14,599 nucleotides of DNA from Vitrella brassicaformis CCMP3155 (lineage: Eukaryota > Protista > Chromerida): the NCBI GenBank assembly GCA_001179505.1, contig CDMY01000866.1, forward strand, positions 1 through 14,599, in the 5' to 3' direction. Of this stretch, positions 1-9,312 are shown piece by piece. The notes beneath the pieces were generated by a model, which worked only from the letters and a program-made list of their open reading frames with translations, did not search any database and was not told the DNA's origin. Each line of letters begins with the position of its first letter. Positions within the stretch are counted from its first letter, which is position 1. A program made the position numbers and the translations under genes.

Positions 1-41
1 ACGACTTCATCGCCGAGACGAGACCGGGGATATTTCTCTAA
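1..41 (+). CDS. Possible 3' end of an upstream gene (..DFIAETRPGIFL*), truncated by the window edge
   Basis: Frame starting at base 3 reads GAC TTC ATC GCC GAG ACG AGA CCG GGG ATA TTT CTC TAA with GC3-rich codons like the other host genes. Too short to identify. Confidence 0.25.
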   Translation, partial: DFIAETRPGIFL

Positions 42-289
42 AGCAGAACGAAGGGACAGAGCGATGCCTCCCGTTCGTGTGGGGTGATGGTGGCAGTTAT
101 TCTTTGTGCGGGCCCGTAAAGACTCGCATATGTGCCACTCGTGGCGGTTGGAGCTCTGCTGGGTTGCGGATCTGCCTCATGGCGGTTGGAGATCTCTCGG
201 ATCTAACGGATGCATCACGTGCCGCTCTATCGTCCGTACCTCCCTGCACCTCTTCTCTTGCCTCGTCCCCTCTTCTCTAGCCTCGTCCG

Positions 290-2053
290 ATGATGGTCTC
301 TTCTTCTTTTGTCGTCGTGCTGACTGTGGTGCTGCTGGCCGGCAGTGCCGTCGCCATACCTGAAGCTGCCTTCCTCGGCCAACATGAGCAAGAGACGACG
401 ACTCCCGCTCCCGAGTCGGCTCCCTGCCCAGGTAAGCTGTCTTCCGACGCATTCACCTTCTGTGCACTGGATGGCCTTGTTGTGTTCCAGGTGAAGTGAC
501 GCGTATCAACGGGTCGATCGACGGGGTCCTTGGCACCGAGCAGTTCGGCCCGTTCACCTACGCATCTGGAGATGTGGCTCCCTTCCTCATTGTGGCGCTG
601 GACGCAGTAGTGGGCGACATGGGCCTTGTCGTGTATGACGCTGACGACGGGTGAGGGGATGTTGATGGGACCATGAGCCAGCCCCACAAATGTTTGTGTT
701 TGTATGCTGTGATGTACCATGCAGTGAGATCGATGAGAGCTTCTCCGCGTTCACCTTCAAGGAGAGCGACACGCCCGCCAACTACGAGCACGCCGTCAAG
801 GTCAACACAGCCGATTTCGGGGGCCAAGACGGGGTGATAGTTGTCGTGATCTGCCTGGCCAAGACGTGCCAATTCGTAACTAAGACACAAATGCATCCCA
901 TCTTGTCGTCGATGCGTGGCTGTTGTTGCTCGTCTAGGATCTTCTGGTCTTTGAGCACACGGGGTTTTGTGAGCCTCAGCTCAAGCCCGGCGAGACGATC
1001 ACAGGTGGGCAAGATGTGTAGCTGTGATCGTAGCGCTGTTTGTCGTTGCGTATGCAGGCGTCTGCACGTCCATCGCTCTATTCGTGCCCACTCTGGACGT
1101 CCCGCCATCCCTGGAGGGCGAGCCACTCGCGACGATCCAGTCGCGGCCCGCCAAGACCAAGGTACGACACGGACAGACACGCCACGCAAATGGACAATGA
1201 AAGCACTGCGTCACTCGTGTCTTCCACGTGACGTCAGGCACTCTCGACAAAGCTCAACATGAAGAAGCCGAAAGGTGAGTCAACTTGATGGCCGCACAGT
1301 CCACGACTGGATATACGAATCATCCCTCTGTGCGTCCATCACATGCTCATGATGTAGCAGCATCTGCTCGCCGGGAGGTGGAGGGCCTGTTCGGTTGCCC
1401 CCTTCTGACTGCGCTCCTCGAGGACAGCGAACCAAACAACGCCACGGGCAACCCCACCGCCAACATTGTACAGGTGGGTGAGAGAGGCAGACATCATCTC
1501 TTCTGCGTGTTGCCGGAATTCTGCTCTATTAATTTTTGATCAGAACGGCACTGATCAATCTCTGCTGGTGGACCTCCCCTTCGCTCTCGCGAGTGGCTTC
1601 CCTCAAGTGGTGGTCGCGGCCAACTCAGTCCAAGGCAATGCCAACCTCATCGCGGCCGTAGATGAGTACGAAAGACAATGATGGAGGGCATATGTCTGTC
1701 TCTGCATGTGTTGGTGTGCCTCTGCAGCGAGCCCTTTGGCGTGTCTGAGAATCCGTCTGGAGAGGCCGACGCCGTGTACGAAGATGCGCTGATCGTGCCG
1801 ACCGATGCTGGAAGCAAACTGGAAGTGTTCGTCACGGCAGCTGACGGCGAAGACGCCAATGCGGTACGGATGCACACGCAGCCCTTCCTCCTCCACTTAG
1901 GTCATGTGTGTATGTCATGTGCACGCGGATGTGTGGCGTGTGCAGGAAGTGGTGGTTCTGCTCTTCGACGGGGCGTGCACCGTCCCCTTCGAAATCACAC
2001 CCGTGGATGTCCCTACTGTCCCGGTTTCTGACGGTGGGGGCGCCGAGCGATGA
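290..2053 (+). CDS. Secreted protein of unknown function, ~380 aa, 10 exons, with two internally repeated beta-rich domains
   Basis: Hand-spliced exons 290-431, 491-650, 725-875, 938-1004, 1058-1161, 1238-1274, 1358-1473, 1544-1665, 1728-1863, 1946-2053. All introns are GT..AG, phases are compatible, total 1143 nt with no internal stop, ending ..DGGGAER*. N-terminus MMVSSSFVVVLTVVLLAGSAVA is signal-peptide-like. N-glycosylation sequons NGS, NAT and NGT are present. Confidence 0.85.
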
Positions 2054-2841
2054 GGCGACAAACCAAGACAAATTCATATGGGATGGGACACGCATATTCA
2101 TCTTGTGTTCATGTATGTCGACTCTGTGGTTGATGGGCCTGAGCGAGATTTTCCTGAGACCTGCCAATGGACAGTGTGTCTCTCTCGCTGCGGGTTTCGG
2201 CTTTTCCAACACCGAATACATTCTTGTTTCTTCTCAGTGCCTAACGGCGGAATAGCGGGCCTTTCTGTCCATTTTTGCCATGTATCTATAGTGCGGCCTA
2301 CTGGACTGTGTGTACGACACCACATCACTCTGTAGACGTGTCTTTGAGGCGTCTTTGAGGTCGCTTTGCTGGCTCTTTGACTTACTGATGTGTGTTGCTG
2401 CGTCGCGGGCGACGGGAACAAGGGGTAGGGGTCGCGGGGCGATGACACAGTGTATGGGAGGGGGTTGACGCAGTGGGCGGCAAAGTTTGGCGCGGCTGTT
2501 TTGTCGGAGTCCGCCGTCCGCCTCACTGACTGCTCAAATGCACTCACACGCACCACTGCTCTCCTCAGCAGAGCACATAGTGGGATGCGGGCATATGTAA
2601 GGGACTGCATGACGCTGCGATGTTGGGAAAGAAGGGAAGGTCAAAAAGGGCCGGTCTCTTCAATTAGCTACCTTAACGGGAGGGACAAACACGTCTGTTG
2701 GATCAAACACTGTACACGTACAATCAAAGCCATCGAAGACTGAAAAGATGAGTGTCACGTTCCAATGCAAGTTTCTTCCCGACACACAAGGAAATGGTGG
2801 CTGCAATCGCTATCTCCTTCGCATCCAGAAAAAAGAAGGTG

Positions 2842-2930
2842 TATGAGTTGATGTGTCGCGCTATGAGTTGATGCTTTGTGGAATGCACTCAACTCATAGC
2901 GTTCCACAAAGCATCAACTCATAGCGCAAC
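2842..2930. repeat. Perfect 26-bp inverted repeat (hairpin/cruciform) built from a TATGAGTTG sub-repeat
   Basis: gcgctatgagttgatgctttgtggaa (2858-2883) is the exact reverse complement of ttccacaaagcatcaactcatagcgc (2902-2927). Extra copies of the core lie at 2842-2853 (forward) and in the 18-nt loop (reverse). Confidence 0.9.
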
Positions 2931-3054
2931 GGCAGAGACTGTCTCTCATGAAATGAGGTGTGTCAATCGACCAACCCTCAAACACGCGACAAACATGCCA
3001 GCACCATCCTCACCGCCCGCTGGCGCATCTCCCTTCCCATCATGTCTTGTTTCG

Positions 3055-3270
3055 TTAGGACCTAATGAAGCTGAATGGACAGGTCTCGGCCAACGAGAAT
3101 CCTACGAACGCCCTCAGAGACGCCTGTGAAGGATAGTACAGCGGCATCTTCCCAATAAACCTCTCGTCGTCTGGTCGAGTGGCTTCCGCTGCCGGAGCTC
3201 CGGGTCGGTCACCTTGCAGCCAAAAGGTGTGGATGTCCAGAGCAGCATCTCGGCCATCGGCGGCGAGTTT
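3055..3270 (-). pseudogene. Orphan 3' fragment of a CR (Crinkler/RHS-type) REase-domain paralog
   Basis: Translates ..LDIHTFWLQG..MPLYYPSQASLRAFVGFSLAETCPFSFIRS*, matching the C-terminus encoded at 3635-3860 (LDIHTVWMQ..LYYPSQASLRVFVGFSLAETCPFSF; 24/25 identical in the last block). No upstream NTPase/REase exons; similarity stops at short direct repeats near 3275. Confidence 0.75.
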
Positions 3271-3274
3271 CGCA

Positions 3275-3340
3275 CATGAAATGTAATCGAACACTTCTCG
3301 CATGAAATGTAATCGATTTCAGAGTATACTCAGAGTATAC
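3275..3340. repeat. Short direct repeats at the break point of the gene fragment
   Basis: catgaaatgtaatcga at 3275-3290 and 3301-3316; cagagtatac at 3320-3329 and 3331-3340. Confidence 0.8.
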
Positions 3341-3634
3341 ACAGAGAACTGGCCACGAAATGTGTTAGTCCCCGTTCCGTCAAGACTCTTCAGTCCCGAA
3401 CATCCAGACCTCCAAAATCACATAATAACATGTCCCAACAACAAGGACCCATGTCACTTTGCTTCGTTGTGAGACACGAACCCATCCACTCAAATTCAGT
3501 GATCATGCGCACAGCTCACATGAACTACTTAGGAGAAAAAAAGAAAGATCTGACAGGTAAAATGTCAAGCAGCAGAAGGCCATCCATCTATCTCAGGCGA
3601 CCGTCAACGTTGACGGTCCCCCCGCATCCCTCAC

Positions 3635-6158
3635 TCATGCTCGTCCCGTTAAGAAGCTGAATGGACAAGTCTCCGCCAGGGAAAATCCCACGAACACCCT
3701 CAGAGACGCCTGAGAAGGATAGTACAGCGGCGTGCCGTTGATGTCGTCCGTTTTGTCAGGTCGAGCAGCTTGATCTGACTCAGCCTTGGCTGTGTCAAAG
3801 GAAGTCGGTGCATCGATTTGCATCCACACGGTGTGAATGTCCAGGCCATCGAGAAGACCCTCAATTCTCGAGGGCCTGGAGAGCCCGCTCGATCGTTGGC
3901 TTCCTGCTGTCCGGGGAGTCAGTCGTCTCTTTGCACTGGTAGCCCCAGATGTGCCGCAGCTCCCCGTCCTTGACGACGAAGACAAAGAAATCCCAGCCCT
4001 CGAATTGGGGGTTCTTGGGCTTGACGAGGTAAGACACATAGCCTTTGTTCAAGTCTTTGCGCACTCCATCGCCATTGAACCACTCGATGAGCTGCGGCAG
4101 GTCCCTCACTGAATCTAGCGATTCCACAAAGCCTCCAAAAGGACAGCCACGACCACTTGTCACCGGAGGCGACAGAAGGGCTGATGGTATGCCGGTCAGC
4201 AACGATGTGGGCGACTCGGATCCATCCATTGCCGTAATGTGGCTGTCCAGCAGTCGCAGAAGTACTGCAGCCACCGCCACCCCCTCCCAGCGCTTTCCAG
4301 AGCCTCGGGGCTCCAGCAGCTGTCTCAGGAATCGGTCCACCTCGCCGACATCGGCAGCAAACTGGTAGCCAAGCTGCTCCTTGACATAGATTGACGTGCC
4401 CAAGTCCTTGCAAGCCTGGCCCAGGTAGCAGGGAGGCCACACTCATCCATTACCATAGACGTCCAGATTCGCCGCCATCGTGCCGAGCGACTCAATGTAT
4501 GGGGCCTGAGGCGAGGGAGCCTTTAGCTCCCCCACAATCGCCGAGCGGATGACAGCTTTGGCTGTAGATGCGTCGACAATCGATGTGCTTTTAGAGAAGT
4601 AGTCCAGCACATCGTCCGCGTCGCGGGAGGTCGCGCTCTGTAGGTACAGCTGGAAGAGCAGCGCAGGTGCTCGGCCAGTCCAGCATATCTCCCCTGAAAG
4701 GCAAACATAAAAAGCAGATACTCAGAGCAAGCTTCCTCAGCTTGTTCTTTGCCAAAATCTCACCCTGGTCGGCGGAGGGGCTGATGGCCGCTGCCTCTTT
4801 TAGCGTCTCGATACGCGGGATTTGGACCTTGTAGACTGTGCGGCCGCTTCGGTTGTGCATCCAATAATACCCGATGCTTCTCCCCACGGTAGCGACGTGA
4901 CTACTGAAGATGAAGAAGCGATCTTTCGGGCTCAGGCAGCTGGACCTGATAAAGCCAGCCACCGCTTTCGCCCCCATCGGGTCCTCTGATCCCTCCAAAT
5001 CCAGTGTCGCCAAGGTCTCCTTCGTGAGAAGCACGTTGAGCTCATCCACGATGAGTATGAGGGGACCGATGAGCCATCTCTTCAGAAGAAGCGGATCAAG
5101 AGAGACGTGGTCTCTCCAGTCTTCAAACGAGATGTCACCCGGGTCCTTGCCGATCTGCTTCGCCAGACTCGCGACCGTCTCCTCTGTTGCACACGCCCAC
5201 GTCATCCGCAGCACCATCGAGTCCAGCAGAGTCAACTCGCTGCGCTTGTGGAGGTCTTGCTCTGCCTCTGACATAGCGGTTCGTCCACTGAACGTGATGA
5301 AAAGCACCGGCTTGCCCTTCCGTTGCAGCTCGGCCCCGAGCACCTTCAGACACCGAGTTTTGCCCCCTCTCGCGAACCGCGTCAGCGCCGGAGGGCCCAC
5401 CCGCAGGACATCCGTGTCAGCGAGCTCGAATAGGTGTAGAATTAAGTTCTCGACCTTTTGCTGCACTTTTTCGAGGCCGACGTACACATCAGGCTCTGGA
5501 CGGCAGACTGTCGTCTGGACGGACGGGGAGTCTGAGGCGAGTGTGGGCACAAGTGGAGAGTCGCGCTGACTGCTTGAGTCCGTGAGCTTGTCCAGTGAGA
5601 TGAGGTGGCTTTCTGTGATCGGAAAGTCGCGAAAGCGGCGGGCTTGTCCAACACCGGCGTCTGCATAGTCATACGCAAACACATCGAAGGAAGAAGTGGC
5701 GCACATGCTCATTGGGCTTGTCCTGTCCCCCGTCATCCTCACTCATGTGAAGGACGCGAAGTGAGCTGCCCGCACGGTGAGAGATAAGGTGTGTGCGTCT
5801 GTTGAGGGCCCGGCAACGGTACAACAACGACGGCCGCAAACCTGTCACGGATGCAGACAGACATGCAGTCCAACAGTCGTGATTGTGCAGTCCCATTTTC
5901 AATACTTAAATACCTGAGGTGCTCTTGCGAGTCATAGCCGAGTGCGGAGATACGAACGCTGAGAGATCTTGATGACCTGCAAGGGTGCATAAGCAGGCAG
6001 ATCAACCAGGGAACCAGTGGACTGTGAACCATGAGGGTGCACTCACGTTCGCCGTGAACAGACGAAACAGACGAAACAATCATCATCGCTACGGTCCACA
6101 CCAGGATGGCCATCAGGAGACGATGAGGCAGAGTGAGGTGGAGCAACCTGCTGCTCAT
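3635..6158 (-). pseudogene. Crinkler/RHS-type (CR) effector-like gene: leader + P-loop NTPase + PD-(D/E)xK restriction-endonuclease fold; one in-frame stop and one frameshift
   Basis: Exons 6158-6047, 5976-5914, 5841-5743, 5660-4764, 4693-3635, all with GT-AG phase-1 introns. Walker A-like LTRFARGGKT, Walker B LILIVDELN, REase-like NPQFEGWDFF..WGYQCK. In-frame TGA at 4445-4443 (..YGNG*VWPPCYL). +1 frameshift near 3870: QALEN* ends one frame while IEGLLDGLDIHTVWMQ continues in another, and that segment is homologous to the 3055 fragment. Family assignment is from motif recognition, not a search. Confidence 0.75.
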
Positions 6159-6337
6159 CCTGCGATTAGAACACATACAGATCCCGCATACATATCGTTG
6201 ATCAGTGTGCTGTGGTGGCGCCCACCGGTTTTTTGAGAAGACTCCACTGGTGTGGTCATTACCAGCAGCAGTTTCAGGCAGTACCCTAGGCGGCCTGGCC
6301 GTATGCCTGTCCCGGTTGGAGATCTGCTGCGGTTGCG

Positions 6338-6617
6338 AGTAGTACTTATACAACGGATTTCCAATACTCGCTTCGCTCGCATTGAGAACCCCTTGTATGG
6401 GTTTTTCTGGGGTTGTAGGGTTCAAAACCCAGAAACCCCAAAAGAATGATGTTTCACAAGAAGTGAATGTGGATTCACCCTGTGGTCACACCCTGTGGTC
6501 AGTACGCAGACGTATATATGTATGTCTTTCATTCATTTAGTTGGCCATCGTCCATCAGGTCGTCCGATATATAGACAAGAAATGTATGTATGTACATCGA
6601 GACAGATAGACACACAC

Positions 6618-6647
<30 letters not shown>
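6338..6647 (+). mobile_element. Dispersed non-autonomous repeat, copy 1 (hairpin + GACA microsatellite; DINE-1/HINE-like or Polinton-end-like)
   Basis: Starts agtagtacttatacaacggatttccaatactcgcttcgctcgcatt and aligns with 8019-8275 over ~270 bp, ending in a (CA)n/(GACA)n tract. Imperfect atacaacggattt / ccccttgtat stem. Confidence 0.7.
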
Positions 6648-6650
<3 letters not shown>

Positions 6651-6964
6651 TAAATGGCTGGTGTGCTCTGCCTCTCTCAGGTCATCTATCTCTGTCTCTC
6701 TCTGATTAGTCAGGTCACGTGTATTCATGTGTGTGTAGCTCAATCCATGTACTCACACCCTCTGTGCTCTCGTCACTACAGCAACAAGCATTTCATTGTA
6801 TTCACTCAATTGGCATGAATAAGCAAGCTGAGAGGCCCTAGCTATTGCAGTGAGGTCTTGTTGTATAGGCTCCTAACTATCATGCCAACCAGCACTCACA
6901 CCCAGACAGACACGCATATCAATGCAAGCAGACAAATAGGAAGACAGCAAGTCTGTAGCAAAGA

Positions 6965-6966
<2 letters not shown>

Positions 6967-6998
<32 letters not shown>
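6967..6998. repeat. (GA)n microsatellite
   Basis: Uninterrupted gagaga run of about 32 bp. Confidence 0.95.
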
Positions 6999-7002
<4 letters not shown>

Positions 7003-7089
7003 GGGGGGAACTTGTGTACTGAGGTAGCTGAACAAACCACCATATGCAATGTGAGAGACAGCAGGAAAGTGACCGCACACAGACATGGT

Positions 7090-7917
7090 CTATCCTGTCA
7101 ACCGGCGAAAGGCCAGTTCACAGCAGCAGCTCGCCAATACGTTCTCCTCCTTGTGAAACAGCTCATAGCCTTGTCCCTCAATGGCCCTGACCAGCCGATC
7201 AGCATCTCTCTCCCCCCAGCGGTCCATCAGATGCACCTCCACCTCTACCTCTCTCACTACTGGCCACCTGCCAATGCCGCTCCCACCCAGCGCATCAAAC
7301 TCTCCACCTTCAATGTCCACCTTAAGCAGCGATATCACTCGCTGCTCGTGGCCGAGCGCGAGCACGATGGCGGGCAGGCCGATGAATTCCGGCGACGGCG
7401 GCTGGAGAGTGAGGCCTGGGTCGTTAGCTGGGGCGGTCAGCAAGGGGTGGCCGACGCCGTAGGCGTGAAAAGTGACGCCTGGTGGGGCGGCTGGGGCGGA
7501 GACGAACGGGTCAAACGTCTGCATGGAGGACAAGAAAAGAGAGAGAAGGGAGTGGCCATGCGTGCGTCATCTTACGTGGATCTCGCACTCCGGAGCGATA
7601 TCGAGGATGGCCTGCTCAAAGGTCCACTCATTTTCGCTGCCGAATGAGTACACAAGGCAGCTCTTTCCCTCCTTGGCCAATTCTTCAGGCTCACACACCC
7701 ATTTGCCGCCATCCATGCTGTTGTTGGGGTCCCCACCAAGGCGCCGCTCGTTGTCGCAGTGCACCGAGGGCTGGTAGGGGCTCTGCTGCCAGAAGGTCGG
7801 GAGTTCCGCTGACCGCTCGGGGCTCGCGAGTAGGGGGCTGATGTCACGGTGGTCGAGCGGAATGATGGCGGGAAGGGTCCATACCCAAAGAGCGTTGATG
7901 AGCATCACCTTCTGCAT
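7090..7917 (-). CDS. SAM-dependent methyltransferase, Methyltransf_22 / METTL24-like family
   Basis: Exons 7917-7576 and 7518-7090 (phase-0 GTAAG..TGCAG intron). Family-typical motifs RLGG..DGGKWVC, CLVYSFGSENEWTFE, CEIHTFDP, LLKVDIEGGEF, EVEVH, LFHKEEN..CCCELAF. The start codon (MQKVMLINALWVW.., hydrophobic) is inferred. Confidence 0.85.
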
Positions 7918-7982
7918 CCTCCCACCCTCGCCCACATGGTTGCTTGGGGGCGAGGTAAGATCGCCGCGAATTCGATTGAGGC

Positions 7983-8275
7983 AGTAGTACTTATACAAGG
8001 GATTTCCAATACTCGCTTAGTAGTACTTATACAAGGGATTTCCAATACTCGCTTCGCTCGCATTAAAAATCCCTTGTATGGGTTTTTGGGGTTGTAGGGT
8101 TCAAAACCCAGAAACCCCAGAAATGGATTTGATTCTGACGAGGATTGAATATCAATTCACCCTGTGGTCAGTACGCAGACGTATATATGTATGCGTTTCA
8201 TTCATTCAGTTGGCCATCGTCCATCAGATCGCTCGATGTATAGACAAGAAATGTATGTATGTACAGACAGACAGC
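7983..8275 (+). mobile_element. Dispersed non-autonomous repeat, copy 2, with a 36-bp terminal tandem duplication
   Basis: agtagtacttatacaagggatttccaatactcgctt occurs twice (7983-8018, 8019-8054). Perfect 13-bp stem atacaagggattt .. aaatcccttgtat. The rest aligns with 6338-6600 and ends in gacagacag. Confidence 0.75.
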
Positions 8276-8300
8276 CAGACCGATACGACTCACACATGCG

Positions 8301-8548
8301 ACGCATCAGTCCGCCCAGATGGACGCACGCCCCTCCCTTCATCCCTCACGCAACACAGAGGTCACACACGCATCGCTCTGTCTATCCGTCTCGCTACACG
8401 CAGGCAGGCAGGTAGGCCGCCACACGCAGTCCCTGCCTCTCTCTCTTCGTTATGCATTAAGCAGGCGTCTATCCGTCTCGCTACACCAGGCACGTAGGCC
8501 GCCACACGCAGTCCCTCCCTCCCTGCCTCTACTACGCATCAGTCCGCC
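8301..8548. repeat. Local degenerate tandem duplication
   Basis: gtctatccgtctcgctacac..gtaggccgccacacgcagtccct at ~8380-8435 and ~8467-8516; acgcatcagtccgcc at 8301-8315 and 8534-8548. Confidence 0.8.
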
Positions 8549-8578
8549 TCGAAAAGAGGGCACGACAGACAGCCGAAT

Positions 8579-9312
8579 TCATTTCAACTTGCTCACTAAG
8601 TTCTCGCATCCCGCCATGATGCTTTTCCTCTCCTCCTCGGTCAACACGATGACACAGAAATCGGTCTGAACGCACTTGTTTTCCTTTGTAACCTACAAAC
8701 AAAACAGCGAGTCACTACACCTATTGTGTGCTGACACTACCTTGTTGGTCATGGTGGTGCTGCTGGTCGTGGCGGTGCTGCTGGTCGTGGCGGTGCTGCT
8801 GGTGCTGGGCTTGCTGGTGACAGCCTTGCTTTCCTCCTTGATGGCCTGCGACAGACAAAACATCAAGTGCACTTGTATATCTGTGTGTGTTTGCCTGCTT
8901 CGATGAGGTGTCCGTTTCTGTATTGCCCTTCGTAGTAGAGGGTCCCCGCTCTCAGCATTTTCAGCAGATCGCCCCACCCGTTGACGACTTCCTCGGCGAA
9001 CTCCCAGTTGGAGTGGCGGTCGATGCAGATGCGGAGCTCTACCGGATCGCCTGGCCCTCCCTTGTTGTTCTTCTCGTACCCGATCTTGACGACTTTGATG
9101 GGGTTGCTGGGACGCTCGGTGGTGTGTGGGGCGAATTTGCTGTCGCGGGCGAGCTTCTCGAAGTCTCGCCAGGTGAATTGCTGGTTGCCGCCCTTTCTGA
9201 ATTGGAAGCGTCTATCATGCGGGTCAGTGGGTGTCACCAGCGTGATCTCCTCTCCGTTTCTGCCGCGGTCGGTCTTCTCGCATCCCAATAGAATAGTCTT
9301 CCATTGTGCCAT
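8579..9312 (-). CDS. Hypothetical protein; N-terminal domain resembles the OB-fold of ATP-dependent DNA ligases, with a probable Ser/Thr-rich tail
   Basis: ATG at 9312 (MAQWKTILLGCEK..) opens ~145 codons. Candidate downstream exons 8845-8741 (AIKEESK..TSSTATTSSTATT..) and 8692-8579 (..LTEEERKSIMAGCENLVSKLK*) have good acceptors. The first donor is unresolved because only GC-type candidates occur near 8895; unspliced, the ORF stops at 8863. The fold call is visual pattern matching. Confidence 0.55.

Noticed and set aside
2290-2620. Possible small minus-strand spliced gene (GTAAGT donor near 2386, Arg/Pro-rich exon)
   Set aside because: I could not build a convincing start-to-stop model or recognise a domain.
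4443-4445. TGA as evidence for an alternative genetic code or selenocysteine
   Set aside because: TGA is the normal stop of several genes here (2051, 9853, 8579, 12024), Trp is encoded by TGG throughout, and the same gene also has a frameshift.
4910-5569. 219-aa plus-strand ORF (also 4045-4368, 3837-4112, 11153-11596, 11241-11690)
   Set aside because: Antisense shadows of GC3-rich real genes on the minus strand; no motifs of their own.
6600-6647. (CA)n/(GACA)n tracts as independent features
   Set aside because: Common simple repeats in this genome; here they form the tail of the dispersed element.
7983-8054. 36-bp repeats as a CRISPR array
   Set aside because: Directly abutting with no spacer, only two units, part of a dispersed repeat, eukaryotic context and no cas genes.
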